The notes under the pieces are model-generated. The model saw only the letters and a program-made list of their open reading frames with translations, ran no database searches and had not been told where the DNA came from. A DNA stretch of 64,000 bases from an uncultured bacterium (lineage in GTDB: Bacteria > Patescibacteriota > Minisyncoccia > Phycocordibacterales > GWA1-40-21). A program made the translations under genes and the position numbers. Below, piece after piece: positions 38,128-47,823 of this stretch. Position 1 is the first letter of the stretch. Each line of letters starts with the position of its first letter. The stretch covers positions 6,732 through 70,731 of the forward strand of contig CAIJUJ010000021.1 of the NCBI GenBank assembly GCA_903823865.1. The letters run 5' to 3'.

Positions 38128-39240
38128 ATGTTAAAATTTAAAAAAAGTGAAAATTCACATAGGGCTAGTAAAAAAAATTGGCTTGTAATTAGTATTTCAT
38201 GTTTGCTGATTTTAATACTTTTCATTTTTATTTTTGGTAGAAGTACTTCTTATAAAGTTGATGCTGATGGGAATGTCATTAAAAAAATTTCCCAGCTTGA
38301 TGTAAAAGAATACGACAGAAGATTAAATATGCTTGCTCATATTGCTACAAGCACTGCAACGAGCACTCTTGCTTCAACGACGTCTGCAACTTCCACTGCA
38401 TCAACTACAAAAAAAAGTCTTTGGCCAGTAAAAACTGTTTACCCAAATGCTGGGGCAATATTACCCTTCAATCGCATAGTGGCTTATTATGGAAATCTTT
38501 CATCAAAAAGCATGGGGGTTTTGGGGCAATATCCAGAAGAAGAAATGTTAACAAGATTACAAGCAGATACGCAAAAATGGACTGACGCGGATCCAGAAAC
38601 ACCAGCAATTCCAGCACTTCACTACATCGCTGTAACAGCTCAAGGTCTTCCTGGCGTAGATAAAAAATATAGATTACGCATGCCCGATTCTGAAATAGAT
38701 AAAGTGGTAACGATGGCTAAAAAAATCAATGCTATCGTAATACTTGATATACAGGTAGGTTTAAGCACGATACAAGATGAACTTCCATTACTTGATAAAT
38801 ATATTAAAATGCCACAAGTTCATATTTCTATTGACCCTGAGTTTTCTATGAAAAATGGGCAGCGCCCTGGTTTTGAATATGTCGGAACATATGATGCGAC
38901 AGATATAAATTATATTATTGATTATTTGGCAAAAATAGTTGATGAAAATAATCTTCCGCCAAAAGTTTTAGTAATTCACCGCTACAGACAAGAAATGGTT
39001 ACAAATTATAAATTAATTAAAACTGTACCCGAAGTGCAAATAATTATGGATATGGATGGATGGGGTCCAAAAGATCACAAACTTGCAAGCTACACAAAAT
39101 ATATTTACAAAGAACCAGTTCAGTTTACAGGTTTTAAACTTTTCTATAAAAATGATTTGTGGAAACCAAGCACTGGTATGATGACGCCAGAAGAAGTATT
39201 AAAATTAACTCCATCGCCTATTTATATCCAGTATCAATAA
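38128..39240 (+). CDS. Membrane-anchored extracellular protein with Ser/Thr linker
   Basis: TM, S/T linker, RIVAYYG...IDPEF...MDGWG...GFKLFY domain. Confidence 0.8.
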   Translation: MLKFKKSENSHRASKKNWLVISISCLLILILFIFIFGRSTSYKVDADGNVIKKISQLDVKEYDRRLNMLAHIATSTATSTLASTTSATSTASTTKKSLWPVKTVYPNAGAILPFNRIVAYYGNLSSKSMGVLGQYPEEEMLTRLQADTQKWTDADPETPAIPALHYIAVTAQGLPGVDKKYRLRMPDSEIDKVVTMAKKINAIVILDIQVGLSTIQDELPLLDKYIKMPQVHISIDPEFSMKNGQRPGFEYVGTYDATDINYIIDYLAKIVDENNLPPKVLVIHRYRQEMVTNYKLIKTVPEVQIIMDMDGWGPKDHKLASYTKYIYKEPVQFTGFKLFYKNDLWKPSTGMMTPEEVLKLTPSPIYIQYQ

Positions 39241-39273
39241 AAAAAAGGACGACCGCGAAGCGGCCGTCCAAAA

Positions 39274-39567
39274 TCATAATTTCCACGCGCTAGGAGGAAT
39301 TTTTAATTCCCCCTTAAATTCGATTTTCACAGCTTGAGCGCCTAAAAAGGCGGCCACCAAACCACAAAAATACATCCAGCCTTGAGGCGTTAACCAGCTG
39401 TTCTGATCAATACACATCACGATTTTGACCAGAAAAAATAAGAACGCTAACACGGTAAACAAGTCGACAAAAAATCTTATCTTCTTGTTCTCATGTAGCA
39501 TTAATATTAAGGCCCCGGCTACTGTAGATATTGCTACAAATACCACGAATATAAGTGCTGTTTTCAT
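39274..39567 (-). CDS. Small 3-TM hypothetical protein
   Basis: AAGGAGG SD; hydrophobic helices. Confidence 0.65.
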   Translation of the reverse strand: MKTALIFVVFVAISTVAGALILMLHENKKIRFFVDLFTVLAFLFFLVKIVMCIDQNSWLTPQGWMYFCGLVAAFLGAQAVKIEFKGELKIPPSAWKL

Positions 39568-39719
39568 ACAGCCTCCTTTTATTTAGTTTTAACGTTCCTT
39601 CTCCCTTAATCTAATACATAATAAGATTTTTGTAAATAGACAATAAAAAGGACGGCTCGTAAGCGAGCCGCCCTTTGTATTTTTATTTTACTAAATACTT
39701 TATTCTATATACTGTATTC

Positions 39720-40202
39720 TTATTTCTTCCCTTTCTTTTTAACAACTTTTTTTATTTCTTTTTTGGGTAAAGAAACTATCATGCTTTTAACAACTTCTTT
39801 TTTTGCTGAATGTGTTCCTGAAAGATTCTCAATGGAAGCAATAAGTTTGTCTAGTTTAAAATTCAATGATTCTAACTGCTTTTTTACATCGTTGTTTACT
39901 GGTGATGAATCATTTGCTGGGAAACTTGGTCGAGCTGGTCTATCATTAAAGTCTCTTCTAGGAGCTCTGTCTTGACCTGCGCCTTGGCTTCTAAAGCAAT
40001 CATTACAATACACTGGTTTGCCTGCTGTAGGCTTAAATGGGACCTCACAGGGCTTTTTACAAGCATCACATGTGACTTTTGTCATTGTGACTGGGCCTCT
40101 GTCTTCTCTTCTAAAACTTGGCCTCCCACCATCTCTTCTACCTCCAAAACCACCTCTATTACCACCGCCAAATCCTCCACCTCCTCGATTAAAATTTCCC
40201 AT
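39720..40202 (-). CDS. CxxC-x17-CxxC domain protein with RGG-rich N-terminus
   Basis: CDACKKPCEVPFKPTAGKPVYCNDCF; start reassigned to MGNFNRGG. Confidence 0.85.
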   Translation of the reverse strand: MGNFNRGGGGFGGGNRGGFGGRRDGGRPSFRREDRGPVTMTKVTCDACKKPCEVPFKPTAGKPVYCNDCFRSQGAGQDRAPRRDFNDRPARPSFPANDSSPVNNDVKKQLESLNFKLDKLIASIENLSGTHSAKKEVVKSMIVSLPKKEIKKVVKKKGKK

Positions 40203-40322
40203 CCCGTTAGAGATTAAAGCGTTATGTATTGGCACTTTAATCAAATTATTTTATAAATATATTATTGACTTGCTTGGCTCCAATAGTACAACGGAAATCA
40301 CAGATTTCCTATCTCTAACGGG
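40203..40322. mobile_element. 120-nt element with cccgttagagat terminal inverted repeats at a start codon
   Basis: cccgttagagat ... atctctaacggg; minus-strand flanks atggt / atggg. Confidence 0.7.
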
Positions 40323-40406
40323 ACCATTTTTTTATAATTAGTTAATAATACTTAATACATAGAGTATGCAATATTTTTACATAAAAAGCAAGCCGGGTAG
40401 TGATTT

Positions 40407-40474
40407 GTCTTTGCGAGGAACAAAGTGACAAAGCAATCCAGGTTTGAATTACCATGTCTTTGCGAGCAAAGACA
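40407..40474 (+). repeat. GTCTTTGCGAG short repeats / palindrome
   Basis: Copies at 40407, 40456 and 38001; tgtctttgc-ga-gcaaagaca palindrome. Confidence 0.5.
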
Positions 40475-40628
40475 CAATTTTTGACTAATACTCAATTAAG
40501 GATTACCTAAGCTGAAGGCAGGCATAACAAAGTAGCTCTCTTGATGAGTGCTTTTTTGTTGATTACTATAATAATTAGCACCTATTGCATAATTATAACA
40601 GTCTATGATATAATACTGATATCACTAC

Positions 40629-40671
40629 GAAAGAGACCCCGATACAGATTCGTCTGTATTGGGGGCTTTTT
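40629..40671 (-). other. Long GC-rich hairpin downstream of the NYN gene
   Basis: gaaaagcccccaatacaga-cgaa-tctgtatcggggtctctttc. Confidence 0.6.
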
Positions 40672-40710
40672 CTTTTATCACAGATTTAGAGCAAAAAGGT
40701 TTTTAACGCC

Positions 40711-41193
40711 TTACAGCTTATTTGAAAACTTATGATATAAGTCGTTTAAAAAAGTTATTTCAATATTTTTATTTTTTAATAAAATAGAACACTTTTTCTT
40801 ATCAGGTGCTATTATGCTTTTAATTGATTTTTTCTCCTGCAAAAACTCAACCAGACAACCAAAATCACCATCACCAGTTATTAACATGCAAGAAGAAAAA
40901 GATTTTTCATAAAAATCAGATACAGTCTTCAATACCAGTTCCGCATCACAATTTCCTTTGATTTTTTCTCCAATTGAAACTGTTTGTTTAAAAACTAAAA
41001 TATAATCACAACTTTGAAGATGCTCGTAGAATTTTACTCTCTCAGGCACAAGCCCAATAAATAAATAGACTAATGCTGGATTGTATTTCTGACGAAGCCA
41101 TCCTCGATATTTCTTATAATCAATTTCAAAACCCAGCTCTTTGGCTGAACGATATAAGTTATTGCCATCAATGTAAATATTTATTTTGTTCAC
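40711..41193 (-). CDS. NYN domain (LabA/DUF88, PIN-like) ribonuclease
   Basis: YIDGNNLY, KGNCDAELV, ITGDGDF acidic motifs. Confidence 0.9.
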   Translation of the reverse strand: MNKINIYIDGNNLYRSAKELGFEIDYKKYRGWLRQKYNPALVYLFIGLVPERVKFYEHLQSCDYILVFKQTVSIGEKIKGNCDAELVLKTVSDFYEKSFSSCMLITGDGDFGCLVEFLQEKKSIKSIIAPDKKKCSILLKNKNIEITFLNDLYHKFSNKL

Positions 41194-41347
41194 GTTAAGA
41201 TTATATCATGCAGTTATAATAAATATATTAACATAAAAAAATAAAATTTAATGTAGAAAAATACAAAATGCGGGGCGACTTCGTCGCCCCGCCTTGCTTT
41301 ATTTATCTACTTTTAACTTTCAAACTTGAAACTTTTAATCTATCTTC

Positions 41348-42976
41348 CTATTTCACCGGCAACTCCACAAAGAAAGTGCTTCCCTTTCCAGCACCAGCAG
41401 ACTCAAACCAAACTTTACCTTTATGTTTTTCAACAACACCTTTTACAAAAGCCAAACCATATCCAGAACTATTTACATTTATTTTTATTGATTCACTGCC
41501 AACACCACCTGCTTTAAATAATTTATCTTTGTCTTCTTTTTTAATTCCAACACCAGTATCTTTTACAGACAAAAGGACTTTTCCACCGGCTTGTTTCAAA
41601 CGAATTGATATTTCTCCACTTGGCGTATAGTGCATAGAATTTTCTATCAAGTTTCTGACTGCTTCCCCAAGTTGAATGCTATCACCCAAAATATTATATG
41701 CTCCATTTGCAATATCCACACTAAGTTTCAAACCTTTCTTTTCAATTGCTCCTTTTATTTTTTCTATAACAACGGAAACTATTTCTTTAAAATCAACTGG
41801 CTTCATATCAAAAGTAAGCGAACCGCTTTCGGCACTATCACCTCTCAAAATACCAGTAACATATTCCACTCCACCCTCAGAATTTTCCTTTCCTTTCATA
41901 ATTAAATCCTTTGCTTCTTCTGGGACTTTGCCATAATCGTCTGTCAAAAGTTCCGCAAATATGTTTCTGTTTATACCGAGATATCCTTTAATCTGGTGAT
42001 TCATAATGTGAATAAGATTTTTTTGCCCATCATTTGCTACTAAAAGTTTTTCATTCAAAATATCTTCTTTTTTTACAGAGCGAACAAGAATAAGACCGAG
42101 AATACTAGAAATAACTAAAGTAATTGATGTTAATATTTTTACAGTTAAACTAGAATCTTGTAAATAAAAGAATTGGGAACCAATTAAGATAACTGATGCC
42201 CAAACAAGAGCTTGTGCACCAATAAGTTTAATATTAAATGTTTTAAATTTGACAATGAGAATACTGATATAGATCATAAATATTACCATTCCAAAAAGTC
42301 CGTATATTTCAATTTCTGAATTTGGCAACACTCCTGTTTTTGTGAGATAAGTTGCAACAAATTCCATACCAAAAAAGGAAAAAAGAAACAATTCAATACC
42401 CGCCCCCATGAGAATTACTTGTTTTTTAAAACTAGAATCTGAGGTACGATATTTACGGATAAGCAAAATCAATATCCAAATCATAGCCAAAAAACCAAGA
42501 GAGCTTGCATAAGTTTTCAGCGACAGAGATTCAAAATCGAAAGCATCACAATTTGTTATGTTAAAACCGCCTACATTAAAATTAGTAGGTGCTAAAATTA
42601 AAATAGGAGCAAGCAATGTTAAAAAAATGATTTTAATTCGAACTAAAACATTTTTTTTATCCAAAAACACGTATATAAAATAAATACTGAATATGGCAAT
42701 AAGGCCAAGAATTAAATTGTAAAATGGCCAAACAAAAGCCATTAGACCTCCGTCATTACCAGCCCACACAATAAGTGTTGTAAATATCCAGAGCGAAAAA
42801 AGAATTGTGATTAAAAAGAGAAGACGATTTAATAATATTTTTTTGCCATTCAAAAAAATATAAAAGCCCAACAAAAGAGCTATTATTGTTGCTGGAATTT
42901 GAGCATAATACAATAATGCTGGAACATCATGAGAGAATAAAAGATATGTTGGTGCAGAGTATAAATAACAAATCAT
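41348..42976 (-). CDS. Multi-TM sensor histidine kinase
   Basis: Many TM helices; NHQIKG H-box; NLIENS, DTGVGI, GYGL, GSTF. Confidence 0.9.
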   Translation of the reverse strand: MICYLYSAPTYLLFSHDVPALLYYAQIPATIIALLLGFYIFLNGKKILLNRLLFLITILFSLWIFTTLIVWAGNDGGLMAFVWPFYNLILGLIAIFSIYFIYVFLDKKNVLVRIKIIFLTLLAPILILAPTNFNVGGFNITNCDAFDFESLSLKTYASSLGFLAMIWILILLIRKYRTSDSSFKKQVILMGAGIELFLFSFFGMEFVATYLTKTGVLPNSEIEIYGLFGMVIFMIYISILIVKFKTFNIKLIGAQALVWASVILIGSQFFYLQDSSLTVKILTSITLVISSILGLILVRSVKKEDILNEKLLVANDGQKNLIHIMNHQIKGYLGINRNIFAELLTDDYGKVPEEAKDLIMKGKENSEGGVEYVTGILRGDSAESGSLTFDMKPVDFKEIVSVVIEKIKGAIEKKGLKLSVDIANGAYNILGDSIQLGEAVRNLIENSMHYTPSGEISIRLKQAGGKVLLSVKDTGVGIKKEDKDKLFKAGGVGSESIKINVNSSGYGLAFVKGVVEKHKGKVWFESAGAGKGSTFFVELPVK

Positions 42977-43389
42977 ATATTTATATTATTTGAATCATTA
43001 ATAAGGTTAGTTTGGGTGTTTATTTGTGTATCCACTAGTGTCTGACAAGTATTATCATTATTACTGGTTACTTTGTTACAATATGTTATAGAACATTTAC
43101 GGTCAGTCGGAAGACAAATATTAGAAGTCGCGCAGTCTGTTATATCGATTCCACATTCTTTATATAAATCTGGTTCATATTTTTGCATTTTAGAATAATA
43201 GTCTGGCTTTGTGCATGCATCATCATCACAACTCATAAAACACTTCCCTGTAGCCGGATCACATGAACCATGATAACCAACGATATAATCATGCTTAACC
43301 ATAAAACGATGGTAAGAAAAAACAACAACAAAAAATACACCTAAAATAAGTATTAAAAAGAAGAAATGATCGCGAAAATATATTTTCAT
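42973..43389 (-). CDS. Cys-rich membrane-anchored extracellular protein (paralog 1)
   Basis: TM, then SCDP...KCFMS...C...YC; similar to 47824-48228. Confidence 0.8.
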   Translation of the reverse strand: MKIYFRDHFFFLILILGVFFVVVFSYHRFMVKHDYIVGYHGSCDPATGKCFMSCDDDACTKPDYYSKMQKYEPDLYKECGIDITDCATSNICLPTDRKCSITYCNKVTSNNDNTCQTLVDTQINTQTNLINDSNNINI

Positions 43390-43444
43390 AGAAGTAAATA
43401 GATTATATCAAATATAATTCATCACGTGAAGTTAAAATAAAGAC

Positions 43445-44359
43445 TTATTTCATAAAAAGTAAGTATGTTCCAATTCCTGTTATACAAATAGCAAAAATCT
43501 TCTGCCATAAATGTTTAGCTTGTATTTTTTCAGATGCTATATTTTTGAAAAAGACTGTTAGAAATATTCCTATAGCAAGCACAAAAACTGGTTGAAAAGA
43601 ATTTGTTAATAGAACAAGTGACACAGGAGCCATTATAACTACAAATGAAAAAATAACATTGCCAAGAACATACAAAGCTTCATTTAAAAAATTAAAAGCC
43701 CAAATTTTTTTTGAATTATTTTTAATTGCCAGTAAAAGGTTTTCTCGGTACTTGCGAATAAATATAAATATTAAGATTCCAACTACAGCTAATGTTAAAT
43801 TTTCCCAAAAAAGGGATCTAACGACATTCTCTTCAAGAGCAACCATTTTAAATACAGTTTCACCAGCTGCCCAAAAAAAAGCTGCCGCAAGCATTGGGAG
43901 AACTACTTTTCGGCGAAGTTTAAACTTATTATCTATATCTATCTCGAAAGAAACTATAGTGGTTCCAAAAATCACTAATGCCATAGCTATTAGTTGTAAT
44001 TTAGTAAGATTTTCCCCCAAAATTAAATATCCTAATATGTATGCAAATATAGGTACTAATTGATAAAACACAATTACAACTGATGCTTCATCATGTTTTA
44101 AAGCTATTAAATAAAACCACAACACTAATAAATGGAAGATAGCTACTACAACTAAAACCAACATATTACTTAAGCTAACGTTAAATATTGACGGGTCGGC
44201 TAAGAGCAAGAATGGAAGAGCCAAAACAGAAAAAATAGCAGAAAAAAGAAAAAGTGTACCTATTCCACCCTTAAAATACTTTTCTAGAAGTATTTTGTCT
44301 AAATGATTTGTGCAAGCGTAGAAAAATGTACCAATTAGAGCTATAAAAAACCAAGTCAT
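43445..44359 (-). CDS. DMT/EamA family transporter
   Basis: ~10 TM, two EamA repeats. Confidence 0.85.
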   Translation of the reverse strand: MTWFFIALIGTFFYACTNHLDKILLEKYFKGGIGTLFLFSAIFSVLALPFLLLADPSIFNVSLSNMLVLVVVAIFHLLVLWFYLIALKHDEASVVIVFYQLVPIFAYILGYLILGENLTKLQLIAMALVIFGTTIVSFEIDIDNKFKLRRKVVLPMLAAAFFWAAGETVFKMVALEENVVRSLFWENLTLAVVGILIFIFIRKYRENLLLAIKNNSKKIWAFNFLNEALYVLGNVIFSFVVIMAPVSLVLLTNSFQPVFVLAIGIFLTVFFKNIASEKIQAKHLWQKIFAICITGIGTYLLFMK

Positions 44360-44374
44360 GGTTTATATTATATA

Positions 44375-45292
44375 TTATTTATCAATAAAAGAAACCTTGT
44401 ATTTTTTTAGGAAACTTATTGGGCGATAACTTATTTTTGATTTTCTTAAATTTTCAATACCTAAATCTTGTTCCCAGTTACAAAATTCTACGCCTTCATT
44501 TTTTAAATGTTGGGATAGTTTTTTATTTAAGAAAACATTAATGTCCTTATACAAAGGATCAACTTTAGAAAAATGAGCTACAGCGTATTTTTGTGGCAAT
44601 ATCTCATCAATCTCAAAACCTATAAGATTATCATTTAAATAACAGGTAAAAATTACGAGGTTTTTATTTTCCATTTGTAATATTTTATTAAGCGCCTTTT
44701 TTTCACTCTCAAGACCTAGATTTTCTGTTTCAGAATTTGATTCTTTTCTTACTGTCAATTTTTGCAATAAATTAATAATATGCTCACGAACAATAGAATT
44801 TATGAAATTTTCAGATTTAAAAACTATATTTGGATACAAAGTTAAGCATTTATTTACCTCCTGTCTTTTTGTTTTATATTTTGCACCTCTAAAAATAGCT
44901 ATTTGTGAAGTTGAAAAAATATAATCAAAATTGTCTCTGTCCTCTTCAACTTTAAAATCGTGGCTTTCTAGTCCATTTATTGATTCTTCAGGTACAAATC
45001 GAAGAATCGGAGATATCCCAGATTTTTCAGCAAAATATATTAGTTCTTGCGCTGTTTCCTTGGGTTTGTTATTACCTAGAAAAGAAAAACAAATTTCACT
45101 TGTCTCATAATCGGTAAATCGTACAACTAGATTTCCATTCAACGTAGAAACCATACGTTTACCAATTACGTCCCACGCCCACAAACTCGTAAAATTAAAA
45201 TCCGAATAAGGCTTATACTGGTAGGTGTACGACTCGATGATTTTTCTATCTTCAATATCAATTTTTTTAAAATTAGGAAATGCAGGAATCAT
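44375..45292 (-). CDS. DUF2156 family (aminoacyl-tRNA-dependent transferase-like) protein
   Basis: SDFNFTSLWAW, DRDNFDYIF, NWEQDLGIENLRKSKISYRP. Confidence 0.85.
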   Translation of the reverse strand: MIPAFPNFKKIDIEDRKIIESYTYQYKPYSDFNFTSLWAWDVIGKRMVSTLNGNLVVRFTDYETSEICFSFLGNNKPKETAQELIYFAEKSGISPILRFVPEESINGLESHDFKVEEDRDNFDYIFSTSQIAIFRGAKYKTKRQEVNKCLTLYPNIVFKSENFINSIVREHIINLLQKLTVRKESNSETENLGLESEKKALNKILQMENKNLVIFTCYLNDNLIGFEIDEILPQKYAVAHFSKVDPLYKDINVFLNKKLSQHLKNEGVEFCNWEQDLGIENLRKSKISYRPISFLKKYKVSFIDK

Positions 45293-45319
45293 ATTGTAAG
45301 GGTAATTAGACAAAAATAA

Positions 45320-45721
45320 TTAAATTAGATTCTTTAACGGATACCTTGTGCCGCGCTTAATAAAATTTGTTTCCGCATCTGATAATTTAAAAGCTTCGGT
45401 AAAATAGTCTATTATTGTTTTTGAATCTAAATTTGATTTACATGTATATACATCAGCGCTTATAAAAAGACGTTTCGGAAAAGTGTGTAATGATATATGA
45501 CTTTCTGCAATAACAACAAAACCACTCCATCCACCTGGATCATTTTTATCATTATCTGGTGCAAAATAGACTTCTGGTTTTGAGAGTTTTTTCATACCAA
45601 GAATTTCTGGTAAATCATTTAATACCTTTAATACTAGATCTTTATCATTCAGTCTATCAAAGTTTCCATTATATCCATCTATTGTTAAATGTTCTCCAAA
45701 ATTAATCGTTTTTGTTTCCAT
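45320..45721 (-). CDS. speD: Pyruvoyl-dependent S-adenosylmethionine decarboxylase family protein
   Basis: GEHLTID, GWSGFVVIAESHISLHTFP, DVYTC. Confidence 0.88.
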   Translation of the reverse strand: METKTINFGEHLTIDGYNGNFDRLNDKDLVLKVLNDLPEILGMKKLSKPEVYFAPDNDKNDPGGWSGFVVIAESHISLHTFPKRLFISADVYTCKSNLDSKTIIDYFTEAFKLSDAETNFIKRGTRYPLKNLI

Positions 45722-45850
45722 CCAACAATTATACACAAATATTTCCAAAAGAAAAACCACCAACTTTTTCAAGACTGGTGTTTTTTCTTTTGGAAATATT
45801 ACCGACATACCACCATATATAAGCAAAAACGAAGGGAGTCTCTTCGTTTT

Positions 45851-46438
45851 TTAAAATTTTTTGTTTTTAATTTCTTCTTTAGTATAAGAGCCCCTATTCC
45901 AACCACCATGGATTTTTGTGATAAATTTTTTCAATTCATCATCAGACATAATTTTAAGTCCTAATTCGGAAGCCACTACACCCATTTCTTTTAATGCTTT
46001 TGTTACTTCTTTTTTATTATTTACCATTATCTCCATCTCACAATGAAAACCCCAGCTTTGAGTATACTTGATTGCAAATTCAACATTTTTATACAAATAA
46101 TTGTGACGATTTTGATAAGAGTACATGTGATTAGTAAAACCAAGAAGTTTAAATATTTTTATTATTTTATCAGCGTCCTCACGAGAAAAGTTTACATCAA
46201 TTTCTTCAAAATCACTACCTATACCAATCTCTTGAAGTTTCAATGTGATTTTAGCATTATTTTTTGAAATGTTATCAGTAACTTTAAGTAATTTATTAGG
46301 CAAAATAAAAAAATGTGAATCTTTATGATCCTCACCAAGATATTTTCCATTTTTTGCCAAAAAACGATTTAATTCAATAAATTGTTTTTCATCTATCAAT
46401 GCTCTTAATTCAACCTCAATATTTTTATCTAGTTTCAT
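45851..46438 (-). CDS. CYTH domain protein
   Basis: IEVELRA, WGFHCEMEI. Confidence 0.75.
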   Translation of the reverse strand: MKLDKNIEVELRALIDEKQFIELNRFLAKNGKYLGEDHKDSHFFILPNKLLKVTDNISKNNAKITLKLQEIGIGSDFEEIDVNFSREDADKIIKIFKLLGFTNHMYSYQNRHNYLYKNVEFAIKYTQSWGFHCEMEIMVNNKKEVTKALKEMGVVASELGLKIMSDDELKKFITKIHGGWNRGSYTKEEIKNKKF

Positions 46439-46446
46439 CTAGTTCT

Positions 46447-47790
46447 TTAAATTTTTGTAAGTATTTCTGTCACCATCTTTGGAACATCTTCAAAAGAAAT
46501 TTCAGTTTGTTCGCGAGATATGACATTTTTTATTTGCACAGTGTTTGTTTGTTTTTCTTTATCCCCTGCTATCAAAACAACTGGGATTTCTTGGGTCAAA
46601 GCATATGACAACTGACCTTTCAAATTTATTTCTTTTCCAAGATAAATTTCAGAATCAATATTATTTTTTCTCAACATTGTAACTATCTTCTGACAATAAT
46701 CTTCAGATTCTTTATCAAAATTTAGAACTATAGCTTTTGTAAGAGTTTTGCTCTTTTTTATTAAACCAAGTTTTTCCATTCCGACAAAAAGACGGTCAAC
46801 TCCGACAGAAGCTCCAACAGCCGGAAGATTTTGCGCGCTGAAACGAGAAACTAGGTCGTCATATCTTCCACCAGACAAAACACTCCCGATTGAAGGTAAA
46901 TCTGTAAGAACAGTCTCAAAAACAGGACCAGTATAATACCCAAAACCACGAGCAATTGAAAGATCTATCTGCCAAGATTTTTCTGGTACACCAAGAGCTG
47001 AAATATTTTTAGTCATTTCAATTAATTCATTTATTCCTTCCATCGCTACCGCTGAGCCACTCATTAACTCCGAAATTTTATTAATAGTTTCTGAAAATGG
47101 TAGAGAACGAAAATCCAAAAATTGTTTTAGTTTATCAATTTGACTTTCATCAAGCTTCACAACCTCTTTCAATTCTTTTACAACACCATTCCATTCAATT
47201 TTTTTTAGTTTATCAATGATGCGCAAAACATCAGCGTTTGATTTGCTGTCATAACCAATAAAATCACTTAGTCCGTTTAAAATTTTGCGATTATTTATTT
47301 TTATTTGAAAATTTTTCAATCCAAGAGCAATCATCACCTCATACATAAGTGCCACAATTTCGGCGTCCGCACTCATTCTGGCAGAGCCAACAATATCTGC
47401 ATCAAACTGTACAAACTCTCGAAAACGGCCGGCTTGTGGTCGCTCACCTCTCCAGCATTTACCCATCTGATAGCGTTTAAATGGCCTTGGAAGCTTGTCT
47501 TGATAAAGAGACACAACTCTGGCGAGAGGCACTGTAAGGTCAAATCTTAGGGCCAAATTTTCATCACCACCTTTTAGGCCAGCGCGAAAAATCTGCTTGC
47601 TAAAATTGGCGTCCCCACCTGTCAAAACTTCTTCTTTTTCAATACCAGGAGTGTCTAGTGGCAAAAAACCAAAACGCTCGAAAGTTGCACGAATTTTATC
47701 GCACATCATTTGACGGATAATCATTTCCTCTGGCAAATAATCTCTGAATCCGCTTTCTAATTCTAAATTTATGTTTTTTTGTTTGGTCAT
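46447..47790 (-). CDS. hisS: Histidyl-tRNA synthetase
   Basis: LRFDLTVPLAR, GRFREFVQFDADI, RGFGYYTG, GGRYDDL. Confidence 0.95.
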   Translation of the reverse strand: MTKQKNINLELESGFRDYLPEEMIIRQMMCDKIRATFERFGFLPLDTPGIEKEEVLTGGDANFSKQIFRAGLKGGDENLALRFDLTVPLARVVSLYQDKLPRPFKRYQMGKCWRGERPQAGRFREFVQFDADIVGSARMSADAEIVALMYEVMIALGLKNFQIKINNRKILNGLSDFIGYDSKSNADVLRIIDKLKKIEWNGVVKELKEVVKLDESQIDKLKQFLDFRSLPFSETINKISELMSGSAVAMEGINELIEMTKNISALGVPEKSWQIDLSIARGFGYYTGPVFETVLTDLPSIGSVLSGGRYDDLVSRFSAQNLPAVGASVGVDRLFVGMEKLGLIKKSKTLTKAIVLNFDKESEDYCQKIVTMLRKNNIDSEIYLGKEINLKGQLSYALTQEIPVVLIAGDKEKQTNTVQIKNVISREQTEISFEDVPKMVTEILTKI

Positions 47791-47823
47791 TTTTAATAAT
47801 TTACCCACCTAAATAACATAGCA

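Noticed and set aside
40203-40322. Integron attC site
   Set aside because: GTTAGAG precedes CTCTAAC, the reverse of attC order; no integrase or cassette array.
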